The position numbers were made by a program, and so were the translations under genes. DNA of 62,865 nucleotides from an uncultured Mollicutes bacterium (GTDB lineage: Bacteria > Bacillota_I > Bacilli_A > ML615J-28 > CAG-313), in NCBI GenBank assembly GCA_900538885.1, contig UQAI01000003.1, forward strand, positions 1-62,865. The letters are read 5' to 3'. The notes under the pieces were generated by a model. That model did no database searches. It worked only from the letters and a program-made list of their open reading frames with translations, and was not told the DNA's origin. Shown piece by piece: positions 18,469-27,589 of this stretch; position 1 is the first letter of the stretch; each line of letters opens with the position of its first letter.

Positions 18469-19796
18469 TGACATCAGCGTACATATTATTAGGAATAGGT
18501 ATTGCTTTAGTAGCAGGACTTATTTCAAATAGACTTATAAAGTTAGTTCATTTACCTAATGTTACTGCTTATTTAATAGTTGGTATTTTATTAGGACCTT
18601 ATTTATTTAGTTTATTTAATTCCAAACTTGATGGAGTTATTAATAAAGAGATGGTTTCAGCATTTGGTATTATCGTTGATTTAGCTTTAGGTTTCATTGC
18701 TTTTTCAATTGGTAGTGAGTTTAAACTATCAAGTATCAAAAAAATTGGTAAGGGTGTTATCACAATTACAATTATGCAATCATGTATGGCCTTAGTAGCA
18801 GTTGACGTATTTCTTATCATTACATGTTTAATAGTTGGAAATTTAGAAGCCAATTTACCATTAATTCTTACACTTGGAGCAATCGCTACCGCTACAGCCC
18901 CTGCTGCAACGTTAATGGTTGTTAAACAATATAAAGCAAGAGGACCAGTTACTGATATCTTGTTACCTGTAGTTGCGTTTGATGATGCGATTGGATTAAT
19001 TTTATTCTCAATTTCTTTTTCGGTTGCTCAAGTTCTTGCGAGACAATATGCAGGTGTTGCTGGCGCAACCATTAGTATTAAAAATATTCTTTTAATGCCA
19101 CTTTGTGAGATTTTCTTATCTATTGCGATTGGAGCAGTTCTTGGCTTTATCTTAACTCTTGCGATGAAATTCTTTAAATCTAGAGCTAATCGTTTAATCT
19201 GTATGCTTGCAGCAGTAATTTTAGGAGTAGGATTCTGTGAATTATTTGCTGAAAAGTTTAATATGGAATTATCATCATTACTTACTTGTATGATGATAGG
19301 AGCTATTTTCTGTAATATGGAAAAAGATGCCATAAATATCTTAGATGGTGTAGAACGTTGGACTCCTGCTTTATTTATGTTATTCTTTATTTTATCAGGT
19401 GCCGAATTAGATTTCAGTGTTATGGGAAGTTGGACGGTAATCGGTATTTGTGCTGTTTATTTACTTGCAAGATCAGTTGGTAAATATTTTGGTGCAAGCC
19501 TTGGTTGTACTATGACTCATAAAGGAGGAACAATCAAAAAATATTTAGGTTTAACTTTACTACCTCAAGCTGGTGTTGCAATTGGTATGGCTAGAAGTTC
19601 ATCAAGTACTTTTAGAAGTTTTGCCACAGCAGGTTTGAAAGCAGTTAATGAAAGTGGTTATAACTATTTAACTAATATGGCTTCTACCATTACAGCGGTC
19701 GTGCTTTGCGCAACTTTATTTTATGAGTTAGTTGGACCAGTTATTACAAAGATAGCTTTAACTAAAGCTGGTGAAATTCAAACCGTTAATAAATAA
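18468..19796 (+). CDS. Cation:proton antiporter (CPA2/Kef-type membrane domain, no RCK domain)
   Basis: It is 442 aa and polytopic throughout, with Na+/H+-exchanger-family character (LPNVTAYLIVGILLGP). Confidence 0.85.
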   Translation: MTSAYILLGIGIALVAGLISNRLIKLVHLPNVTAYLIVGILLGPYLFSLFNSKLDGVINKEMVSAFGIIVDLALGFIAFSIGSEFKLSSIKKIGKGVITITIMQSCMALVAVDVFLIITCLIVGNLEANLPLILTLGAIATATAPAATLMVVKQYKARGPVTDILLPVVAFDDAIGLILFSISFSVAQVLARQYAGVAGATISIKNILLMPLCEIFLSIAIGAVLGFILTLAMKFFKSRANRLICMLAAVILGVGFCELFAEKFNMELSSLLTCMMIGAIFCNMEKDAINILDGVERWTPALFMLFFILSGAELDFSVMGSWTVIGICAVYLLARSVGKYFGASLGCTMTHKGGTIKKYLGLTLLPQAGVAIGMARSSSSTFRSFATAGLKAVNESGYNYLTNMASTITAVVLCATLFYELVGPVITKIALTKAGEIQTVNK

Positions 19797-19800
19797 AAAT

Positions 19801-19862
19801 AAAGTCTTTAAAGTAATTAGTGAATGTATTTGTTCACAATTTGCTTTAGAGGCTTTTTTAGT
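19801..19862 (+). terminator. Compound hairpin terminator
   Basis: The outer stem AAAGTCTTTAAAG/CTTTAGAGGCTTT (with G-U pairs) encloses the inner hairpin GTGAA/TTCAC and is followed by TTTT. Confidence 0.55.
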
Positions 19863-19873
19863 AGGCTAAATAG

Positions 19874-19903
19874 GTATATTTTCTATTAAAAATGGAAAAA
19901 TAA
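19874..19903 (+). promoter_or_regulatory. Candidate forespore (sigma F/G-type) promoter for spoVA genes
   Basis: GTATA (19874-19878), a 15-nt spacer, then GGAAAAATAA (19894-19903). This approximates the GYATA-N15-GGnnAnAHTR consensus with one mismatch. Confidence 0.3.
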
Positions 19904-19923
19904 TCTAAAAAGGAGATAATAAT

Positions 19924-20367
19924 ATGGAAAATAATAGATTACAAAAATATCAATCAATTATTGAACAAAAACCAGTTAAACGGCCAGTTATTAAAAATGC
20001 CATTTTTGCATTTTTAATTGGAGGAATTATTGGAATTATTGCGGAAGGACTTATTACTTTGTATGTGAAGGCGTTTAAAATAGAAGTGTTAATGGCCAAT
20101 AGTCTTATGTCTATGACTATAGTTTTCATAACTTCAATCTTAACAGGAATTGGCGTATTTGATAAGATTGGACAAATTGCTGGAGCAGGAACATACATTC
20201 CAATTACTGGTTTTTCAAACTCTATGACATCAGCTGCCTTAGAAGGAAAAAGTGAAGGTGTAATTCTAGGCATAATGAGTAATATGTTTAAACTAGCAGG
20301 TGCTGTTATTGTGGCCGGGGTTGTTAGTTCATTTGTTAGTGCCACCATTATTTATTTAATTAGATAG
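19924..20367 (+). CDS. spoVAC: Stage V sporulation protein AC
   Basis: The 147-aa membrane protein has typical SpoVAC sequence (RPVIKNAIFAFLIGGIIG, IPITGFSNS). Confidence 0.9.
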   Translation: MENNRLQKYQSIIEQKPVKRPVIKNAIFAFLIGGIIGIIAEGLITLYVKAFKIEVLMANSLMSMTIVFITSILTGIGVFDKIGQIAGAGTYIPITGFSNSMTSAALEGKSEGVILGIMSNMFKLAGAVIVAGVVSSFVSATIIYLIR

Positions 20368-20368
20368 T

Positions 20369-21376
20369 ATGAAGAAAATTGGTAGAAATAGTTTAAGTTT
20401 TGATAGTGTTTTTATTGAAAACACTGCTGTTGTGACGGGACCAAAAGAAAAAGATGGTCCAATAGGTAGTTATTTTGATTATAGTTATAACAACAATTAT
20501 TGTAATGAAAAAACTTGGGAAAAAGCTGAGATTGCACTTGTTAAAAAAGCTTTTGAAATAATTTGTGAGAAAGAAAATATAAGTCCTAATGATATTGATG
20601 TGATGTTTGGCGGAGATTTAAATAATCAAATTGCGGTTAGTACATATGCAATGCGTAATACTTTTATTCCGTTTCTTGGCACGTTTGCGGCATGTTCAAC
20701 TATTACTGAAAATATTATTTTAGGTAGTATTTATGTCGATAGTATTAAAAATGCTAAGGTTTTGGTCACTAGTTCAAGTCATAATGCCACAAGTGAAAGG
20801 CAATTTCGTTATCCTACTGAATATGGCGGACAAAAGCCTACGTCAATGACTTTCACCGCAACTGCTGCTGGTGCATGTTTATTAGGTATTAAACCTACGC
20901 ATATTAGAGTAAAATCAGGAACAATTGGAAAGATTATTGATGTAAATCAAAAAGATGCTCAAGATATGGGACGAGTAATGGCTCCAAGTGCTGCTGAAAC
21001 GCTTTTTGATCACTTAAGCAATTTTAAAGAAACGGTAGCTGGTTATGATGCCATAGTAACAGGTGATTTATCAGTATATGGTAGTGAATTATTTATTAAG
21101 TGTTGTAGTGAAAATGGAATTATATTAGGAAATAAGCATATGGATGCCGGCAAAAACTTGTATGATATTAAAAAACAAAAAGTATTTGCAGGGGGGAGTG
21201 GTTGTGGTTGTATAACGGCCTATTTACTTAGTTATATCGTTAAAGAATTAATAAAAGGAACATATAAAAAGGTATTAATACTTGCGACAGGGGCACTATT
21301 GAATCCCGTTATGGTGGCTCAAAAGGATACGATTCCTTGTATTAGTCATGCAATATGTTTGGAAAGGTGTGATTAA
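20369..21376 (+). CDS. spoVAD: Stage V sporulation protein AD
   Basis: The 335-aa protein is a thiolase-fold SpoVAD (VVTGPKEKDGP, GGDLNNQI, FAGGSGCGC). Confidence 0.9.
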   Translation: MKKIGRNSLSFDSVFIENTAVVTGPKEKDGPIGSYFDYSYNNNYCNEKTWEKAEIALVKKAFEIICEKENISPNDIDVMFGGDLNNQIAVSTYAMRNTFIPFLGTFAACSTITENIILGSIYVDSIKNAKVLVTSSSHNATSERQFRYPTEYGGQKPTSMTFTATAAGACLLGIKPTHIRVKSGTIGKIIDVNQKDAQDMGRVMAPSAAETLFDHLSNFKETVAGYDAIVTGDLSVYGSELFIKCCSENGIILGNKHMDAGKNLYDIKKQKVFAGGSGCGCITAYLLSYIVKELIKGTYKKVLILATGALLNPVMVAQKDTIPCISHAICLERCD

Positions 21377-21727
21377 ATGAAGTTTTTATTAGCATTTTTA
21401 GTGTGCGGATTAATTTGTATGATTGCGCAGTTAATTATGGATTTATGCAAATTACTGCCAATTCATTTAACAGTTATATATGTTATGCTTGGCTCATTTT
21501 TAGAATGTTTTGGTCTATATGATAAATTGATTGAGATTGCAGGTGGTGGAGCACTAGTTCCCATTTCATCTTTTGGACATTCCCTTACCCATGCCGCAAT
21601 AAAAGCAGCAGAAGATAGTGGAATAATGGGACTTTTTACAGGTATTTTTGATATAACATCTAGTGGTATTTCCGCCGCAATTTTCTCATCATTTATTATT
21701 GCCTTAATTTTTAAACCACGTGGTTAA
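21377..21727 (+). CDS. spoVAE: Stage V sporulation protein AE (AEb-type)
   Basis: It is a 116-aa membrane protein (GGGALVPISSFGHSL) located immediately after spoVAD. Confidence 0.85.
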   Translation: MKFLLAFLVCGLICMIAQLIMDLCKLLPIHLTVIYVMLGSFLECFGLYDKLIEIAGGGALVPISSFGHSLTHAAIKAAEDSGIMGLFTGIFDITSSGISAAIFSSFIIALIFKPRG

Positions 21728-21728
21728 A

Positions 21729-23126
21729 ATGAATAATAAACAAAATTTTCAGTCCCTTGATGAAATTTTAGGGTTAAATATAACATTTGATATTGTTAAA
21801 AGAACAATAACTAATCATAATAATTTAGTTTTTACGTTTTATTATGATTCGTTTTTATCAAATAGTCTTACTATTTCAAGATTAATTACGAGTTTTATTA
21901 AATTAAAAGATAAAATTGATGAGAATAATATAAAAAATGTAATAACTAATAATCTGATTGCTGAAAATTTGAAATTTACTTCAAATTTAACAGATGCAAG
22001 TCAAGCAGTATTTAATGGTGATTTAGTGTTAACATGTGACATTACCCCATTAATGTTTATAGCGGAAACTAAACAGTACCCCACACGTTCAATTAGTGAA
22101 CCTGATGGTGAGAAAGTAGTAAGGGGAAGTAGAGATGGCTTTACCGAGAATTTCGCAACCAATATTGGATTAATTAGAAGAAGAATTAAAACAGGTAAAC
22201 TAGGAATGAAAGTTTATGAATTAGGGACGGTTAGTAAAACAAAAGTGGCTTTAGTTTATTTAAAAGATGTGATTAAACCTAATATTCTTAGGACAATTAT
22301 GGAAAAACTTAATAATATTAAAGTTAAAGAATTAACCATGAGTGATAAAGCTCTCGAAGAACTATTAGTTAATCATCGTTATAGTCCTTACCCATTAGTA
22401 AAGTATACCGAAAGACCAGATACTCTTGCGATTCATTTATATCAAGGAATGTTTGGTTTAATTGTTGATACTTCACCTAGTGCTATCTTAGGTCCAGTTA
22501 GCATTTTTGATCATCTACAACATGCGGAAGAGTTTAGACAAACTGTAGTAGCAGGTTCATATCTTAGGTTAATTAGAATAATAGGAATAGTTATCGCCTT
22601 TTTCAGTATTCCATTGTGGTATGCTTTAACAGATTATAATCTACCTAATATATTAAAACCGTTCATTCCAAGTAGTCATAATCACAATATTCTTTTTTTA
22701 CAATTAATTACAGTACTAATTGGAATTGAATTAATTAGAATGGCTTCAATTCATACACCAAGTGCTTTGTCTACTTCAATGGGGTTAGTTTCAGGACTAA
22801 TAATTGGAGATGTTGCAATAAAGGTTGGATTATTTACTGAACAAATTGTAATTTTAGCAGCGATTTCAGCAATTGGATCTTACATAACTCCAAGTTATGA
22901 ATTATCGCTCGCCAATAAAATGGCTAATATATTTTTACTATTAAGTGTATATTTTTTTAAGATGCCTGGCTTTATCTGTGGAACTATTTTACTTATTATC
23001 TATCTTGCCTGCCTTAAAAGTTTCAAACGGCCTTATCTTTATCCCCTTATTCCCCTTAATATTAAAGATTTATTTAAACAATTATTTAGAGTTCCATACA
23101 AACATAAAGAAAAAACTAAACACTAA
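21729..23126 (+). CDS. spoVAF: GerA-family spore germination protein (SpoVAF-like)
   Basis: GerA-type core (EPDGEKVVRGSRDGFTENF, IRRRIK) plus a C-terminal TM bundle. ATG 21729 lies 1 nt after the spoVAE stop. The track's GTG 21720 is an alternative start. Confidence 0.8.
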   Translation: MNNKQNFQSLDEILGLNITFDIVKRTITNHNNLVFTFYYDSFLSNSLTISRLITSFIKLKDKIDENNIKNVITNNLIAENLKFTSNLTDASQAVFNGDLVLTCDITPLMFIAETKQYPTRSISEPDGEKVVRGSRDGFTENFATNIGLIRRRIKTGKLGMKVYELGTVSKTKVALVYLKDVIKPNILRTIMEKLNNIKVKELTMSDKALEELLVNHRYSPYPLVKYTERPDTLAIHLYQGMFGLIVDTSPSAILGPVSIFDHLQHAEEFRQTVVAGSYLRLIRIIGIVIAFFSIPLWYALTDYNLPNILKPFIPSSHNHNILFLQLITVLIGIELIRMASIHTPSALSTSMGLVSGLIIGDVAIKVGLFTEQIVILAAISAIGSYITPSYELSLANKMANIFLLLSVYFFKMPGFICGTILLIIYLACLKSFKRPYLYPLIPLNIKDLFKQLFRVPYKHKEKTKH

Positions 23127-23148
23127 AATTTTGGTGTTTAGTTTTATA
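23113..23148 (+). terminator. Rho-independent terminator after the spoVA genes
   Basis: An 11-bp stem AAACTAAACAC/GTGTTTAGTTT spans the stop codon. Confidence 0.7.
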
Positions 23149-23161
23149 TTAATCGCTTTAT

Positions 23162-23190
23162 TTGAAAAAAAGTTGAAAAAATGGTATAAT
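23162..23190 (+). promoter_or_regulatory. Sigma-A promoter for rnj
   Basis: TTGAAA (23162-23167), a 17-nt spacer, then TGGTATAAT (23182-23190). Confidence 0.65.
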
Positions 23191-23254
23191 ATATAAAAAT
23201 ATTAGTCTATTATATTAATGATTATAGAAATATAAAAGAAAGGAGGAACTAAAA

Positions 23255-24940
23255 ATGGCAAATTTAAAGATAATGGCTTTAGGTGGGCTTGGTGAAGATG
23301 GTAAAAACCTATATGTTGTGGAAAATGATGAATGCATATTTATTTTAGATGCCGGATTAAGATATCCTGATATAGACATGTATGGGGTTGATGCGGTGGT
23401 GCCAGATATCAGTTATTTAATAGAAAGAAAAAATAAAATTGCTGGCATTTTTGTATCTCACGGTCACGAAGATAATATTGGGGCGATTCCTTATTTATTA
23501 AGAAATTTACCGATTAATGTGTATGGAACCCACTTTACAATTAGTTTAATTGAAACTTTATTAACTGATAACAAAATGGATATTAAGCAATTTCGATTAT
23601 ACCGAATTAATGAAAATAAAGTTTTAAATTTTAAGGGAACAAAAGTAGAATTTTTCAATACTACCCATAGCCTTCCTGAATCAATTGGGGTGGCGATTCA
23701 CACTCCTGATGGAACGATAGTTTATGCTACAGATTTTAATTTCGCTCCAACCAGTGATGAGCATTATACAACAAGTTTCAGTAAAATTTCAGATCTTGGT
23801 AAAGGCAAAGTATTAGCTCTTATGAGTGAAAGTGTTGGCACAACCTCACTTGGTAGAGTAAATAATGATATGATGTTAGAACATAATTTTAATAATATTT
23901 TAACTCATGATAAAGGTAGAATTATTGTAACCGTTTATTCAACAGATTTAAAACGTATTCAAAAAATTATTAATTTAGCCATAGAAGAAAATCGCAAAAT
24001 TGCTTTTGTAGGCTATAAAGGGGTTAAATTTGTTGAAACCGCCATGCTTAATAATTATTTAAAGATACCTGAACAAAATTTAGTAACTTTAAAACCTAAT
24101 TCTGAAATTAACCATAACGATAGTGATAATTTAGTTGTAATTGTTCACGGAAAAAGAGAAGAAGCTTATTCAATGCTTACAAAAATGGTTTTAGGTGAAG
24201 ACAAATACATTCATCTTACTACTAGTGACCAAATAATTATTATGTGTCCACCGGTTTCAGGAACTGAAAAATTAGCAACTAATGCGATTAACACTTTATA
24301 TCAATATGATATGAATCTAACTGTGTATGATCGTACAATTTTAAGGCCATCACATGCAACTAGTGATGACTTAAAATTAATATATAGCGTTTTGAAACCG
24401 AAATATATAATTCCCATTAAAGGTGAATATCGTCATATGTATGAACAACTATTAGTGGCTCAAGATTTTGGCTATGACCGTAGTAGAGTTCTTTTAACTG
24501 ATAATGGTGAAATCTTAAACTTTAAAGATGGCAAACCTGTTGATCGCAGCAAAATAAAAGTTGGTGATATCTTTGTTGATGGATCATTAATTGGTGACGT
24601 TAATGAAGAAGTTATAAAAGACCGTGAAACTTTATCAACTGATGGTGCTTTAATAATAACTATGTATTATGATGTTAGACAAAGAAAGGTTGTTAAAAAG
24701 CCAAATGTAATATCTAAGGGAATTGTTGGAAAAATGGAAGATGAGGAATTAACCAAAAAAGTTTGTGAACTTTCAAAAAGTATTTTTGAAAACTCCTTAT
24801 GGCGTAAAAATTACTCGTTAGAACAAACTGAAAAAACAATTAATGATGAAATTACAAGACTAATCTTTAGAATGACAAAACATAAACCTTTAGTTGTTTT
24901 TGTTCCAATTGAGATTAACGGCCTTAAAAATAAAAATTAA
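23255..24940 (+). CDS. rnj: Ribonuclease J (beta-CASP metallo-beta-lactamase)
   Basis: The 561-aa protein reads MALGGLGEDGKN and VSHGHEDNIG, with beta-CASP and C-terminal domains. It has a strong AAGGAGG RBS. Confidence 0.9.
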   Translation: MANLKIMALGGLGEDGKNLYVVENDECIFILDAGLRYPDIDMYGVDAVVPDISYLIERKNKIAGIFVSHGHEDNIGAIPYLLRNLPINVYGTHFTISLIETLLTDNKMDIKQFRLYRINENKVLNFKGTKVEFFNTTHSLPESIGVAIHTPDGTIVYATDFNFAPTSDEHYTTSFSKISDLGKGKVLALMSESVGTTSLGRVNNDMMLEHNFNNILTHDKGRIIVTVYSTDLKRIQKIINLAIEENRKIAFVGYKGVKFVETAMLNNYLKIPEQNLVTLKPNSEINHNDSDNLVVIVHGKREEAYSMLTKMVLGEDKYIHLTTSDQIIIMCPPVSGTEKLATNAINTLYQYDMNLTVYDRTILRPSHATSDDLKLIYSVLKPKYIIPIKGEYRHMYEQLLVAQDFGYDRSRVLLTDNGEILNFKDGKPVDRSKIKVGDIFVDGSLIGDVNEEVIKDRETLSTDGALIITMYYDVRQRKVVKKPNVISKGIVGKMEDEELTKKVCELSKSIFENSLWRKNYSLEQTEKTINDEITRLIFRMTKHKPLVVFVPIEINGLKNKN

Positions 24941-24995
24941 AATGAGATTGACATTATTTAATAGTAATTATCATATACTTACACAGGTGATGATA

Positions 24996-25664
24996 ATGAA
25001 CTATTTAATAAGTCAATCTTTTAATATTAATTATTATGATTATTCGATTATTGAAGAACAATTTATTAAAAAAACTTATGAGTTAGGGACTACTTATCCC
25101 TTCAAGTGGTATGAGTTTATTAATAAAATAATTGGTAACAAAGAAGTAACATACTTTAAAGATACTACAATGATTATCAATTTATTGAACTTAGAATTAT
25201 CACAAGTAAAAATCTTATTTGAAATATTAAAAGATTATTTAAAAAACAATTTACTTAAAAGAATACTTTACAAACGTGAATATATAATAGTTCATTTTCA
25301 TACCATTAAAACCAAAGAAATTTTTGAAAAAAAGAATCTATGGATGGTAGTATGCTGTTATTATATGCTCAAAGATGAAAATAGTGATGCTGAAATATTT
25401 TTACGGGGAGTAATTCAAAAAGAAGACACGAAAGAACTAGTAGATTTAGTTATTTCTGATAATGATAAAATATATTTAATTAATGCGACAACGCCACTAA
25501 AAAATGTGTATGATGATAGTGAAGTAGTTTATTTGTATTATGAAAAAAGTAGAAATTTAAATATTCCAAGTCATACCAAGCTATTGCGCTTTTCATTTGA
25601 TCGTAATCAATTATTAAATAATTTTGAACATATTAAAGTATTAGAGCGAATATCTAAAGAATAG
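24996..25664 (+). CDS. Hypothetical protein (222 aa)
   Basis: An AGGTG RBS at 24985-24989 precedes ATG 24996. The upstream part of the track ORF overlaps the rnj 3' end and lacks an RBS. I recognised no family. Confidence 0.5.
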   Translation: MNYLISQSFNINYYDYSIIEEQFIKKTYELGTTYPFKWYEFINKIIGNKEVTYFKDTTMIINLLNLELSQVKILFEILKDYLKNNLLKRILYKREYIIVHFHTIKTKEIFEKKNLWMVVCCYYMLKDENSDAEIFLRGVIQKEDTKELVDLVISDNDKIYLINATTPLKNVYDDSEVVYLYYEKSRNLNIPSHTKLLRFSFDRNQLLNNFEHIKVLERISKE

Positions 25665-25718
25665 ATAATACATATTTTTGTTTTATCTTTCTTTTTTTCT
25701 TTCAAAAATAAAAAAATA

Positions 25719-25727
25719 TGGTATAAT
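25719..25727 (+). promoter_or_regulatory. Extended -10 promoter element TGGTATAAT
   Basis: A perfect TGnTATAAT lies 23 nt upstream of ATG 25750. Confidence 0.45.
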
Positions 25728-25749
25728 ATGAGAGTATAGGAGTGATATA

Positions 25750-26736
25750 ATGGCTATGTTTGAATTATGGACATTTAATGATTTGCATGCTGAACAAATC
25801 TTAATAGGCCCACTAAACAAGAATATTAATCTTTTAGAAATGGAACTTAGTGTCAAAATAGATCACATTAATAATAAGTTATTAATGGAGGAAAATGATA
25901 CGAATCGAAAAGTAGAACCATTACTTAAGGAAATAATTACAATGCTCAATGAATTGATAGAGGAAAATATTGCTTGGCAAGAAAGGGACTTAATATACAT
26001 TATTCAATGTTTTAAAGATAGTAAAGACTATGAAATAACGCATGCTGGTATTAAGAATTTTTATCTTAACAAAAAAATCATTGTTCATACCCGTGAAGGA
26101 CAAAAGGTATATCCTAAAACAATAAATCAAATGATTTATTTAGAGGCAATGCAAAAGAATAGCATTATTTTTGCGAAAGGGTCTGCTGGTAGTGGAAAAA
26201 CCTACTTAGCTGTTGCGTTTGCGGTAAGCTTGCTTAAGAAAAATCAAATTAAAAGAATTATTATCACAAGACCTGTGGTTGAAGCAGGCGAAAAACTTGG
26301 TTTTCTACCTGGTGACTTAAAAGAAAAGGTAGATCCTTATTTGATTCCGATTTATGATGCTTTATATGATTTTATTGGTAAAGAACAAACTGAAAGATAC
26401 ATTGAAAAAGGAACCATTGAGATTGCTCCTTTAGCCTACATGCGTGGTAGAACTTTAGACAGTGCTGTAATAATTTTGGATGAAGCCCAAAACACAACAA
26501 CAAATCAAATGAAAATGTTTGTTACACGCTTAGGCTTTAATTCGAAAATGATTATTACTGGTGATGTTACCCAAATTGACTTGCCAAATCGAGAAAAATC
26601 GGGTTTAGTTGAAGCGACTGAACTACTTCAACATTTAGAGGGAGTTTCAATTATTTCATTTAATCGTTTTGATGTAATGCGTCATCCCCTAGTATCTAAA
26701 ATAATTTCTAGATATGAAGGTGGTAACCATGATTAA
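25750..26736 (+). CDS. phoH: PhoH-like ATPase
   Basis: Walker A GSAGSGKTYLAV, ILDEAQN and conserved PhoH core. It is followed by ybeY, as in other Firmicutes. Confidence 0.9.
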   Translation: MAMFELWTFNDLHAEQILIGPLNKNINLLEMELSVKIDHINNKLLMEENDTNRKVEPLLKEIITMLNELIEENIAWQERDLIYIIQCFKDSKDYEITHAGIKNFYLNKKIIVHTREGQKVYPKTINQMIYLEAMQKNSIIFAKGSAGSGKTYLAVAFAVSLLKKNQIKRIIITRPVVEAGEKLGFLPGDLKEKVDPYLIPIYDALYDFIGKEQTERYIEKGTIEIAPLAYMRGRTLDSAVIILDEAQNTTTNQMKMFVTRLGFNSKMIITGDVTQIDLPNREKSGLVEATELLQHLEGVSIISFNRFDVMRHPLVSKIISRYEGGNHD

Positions 26737-27181
26737 ATTTAATTTAGAAGGCAAAATAAAAGAACTTGGAGTTACCTCGCCTAAAGAATTAATAAGAAAA
26801 ATTCTTCATGAAGTGTCACTGCGTTTAGATATGAGGGGAAATCATATTATAAGCTATATTATCGTTGATAATGAAGAAATTCATAAAATTAATTTGGAAT
26901 ATCGTGGTATAGATAGACCAACTGATGTCATAACTTTTGCGGCCATTGATGATGAAAAACCAGGCAAAATTCCTGAAGAATTAGGTGATATTTTCATAAG
27001 TTACGAGAAGGTCGCATCCCAGGCTCTTGACTATGGGCATAGTAAACTTAGAGAATTTGCGTTCCTAGTTACACACGGAGTATTACATAGTTTAGGGTAT
27101 GATCACCAAACTAAAGAAGATGAAAAAGTTATGTTCGAACTACAAGATGAAATATTAAATAAACTAGATATAAGGAGATAA
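26729..27181 (+). CDS. ybeY: rRNA maturation endoribonuclease YbeY
   Basis: The HGVLHSLGYDH metal motif is present. A GAAGGTGG RBS precedes ATG 26729, and the gene overlaps phoH by 8 nt. Confidence 0.9.
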   Translation: MIKFNLEGKIKELGVTSPKELIRKILHEVSLRLDMRGNHIISYIIVDNEEIHKINLEYRGIDRPTDVITFAAIDDEKPGKIPEELGDIFISYEKVASQALDYGHSKLREFAFLVTHGVLHSLGYDHQTKEDEKVMFELQDEILNKLDIRR

Positions 27182-27184
27182 AAA

Positions 27185-27589
27185 ATGGATTTTGAAGAAA
27201 AATATAGACTAGTACACATAGGATATGACAATGCATATGCTAAATACTCACATTTCCAAGTGGGAGCACTAGTAATTTTAAAAGATGGTAATTATGTAAT
27301 AGGATCAAATGTTGAAAATGCCTCATTTGGGTTAAGTAATTGTGCCGAAAGAACAGCTCTTTTCGCAACTTATGCGAAAGGATATCGTAAAGATGATATT
27401 GAAGAATTAGTAATTATGGGAAAAAGTGATAACTTAATATTCCCTTGTGGAGCATGTCGCCAAGTAATCAGTGAATTAATGAATAAAGATGCACTAGTAA
27501 CATTAATAAATTTAGATAAGAAAACCAAGAGCTTTACGGTAGAAGAATTACTACCTTATGCTTTTGCTGAGAGTGATTTAAATGAATAA
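27185..27589 (+). CDS. cdd: Cytidine deaminase
   Basis: CAERTALF and PCGACRQ zinc motifs. The protein is 134 aa. Confidence 0.9.
   Translation: MDFEEKYRLVHIGYDNAYAKYSHFQVGALVILKDGNYVIGSNVENASFGLSNCAERTALFATYAKGYRKDDIEELVIMGKSDNLIFPCGACRQVISELMNKDALVTLINLDKKTKSFTVEELLPYAFAESDLNE

Noticed and set aside
19950-20348. A 132-aa minus-strand ORF fully inside spoVAC. Similar antisense ORFs occur at 4539-4856, 16540-16767, 19028-19333, 29625-29966, 31521-31754 and 61511-61897.
   Set aside because: Each lies entirely within a confidently identified + strand gene. They lack RBS motifs and have low-complexity composition.
22945-23196. An 83-aa + strand ORF overlapping the spoVAF 3' end and running through its terminator and the rnj promoter.
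   Set aside because: It crosses a strong terminator hairpin and a promoter, has no RBS, and is out of frame with a conserved gene.
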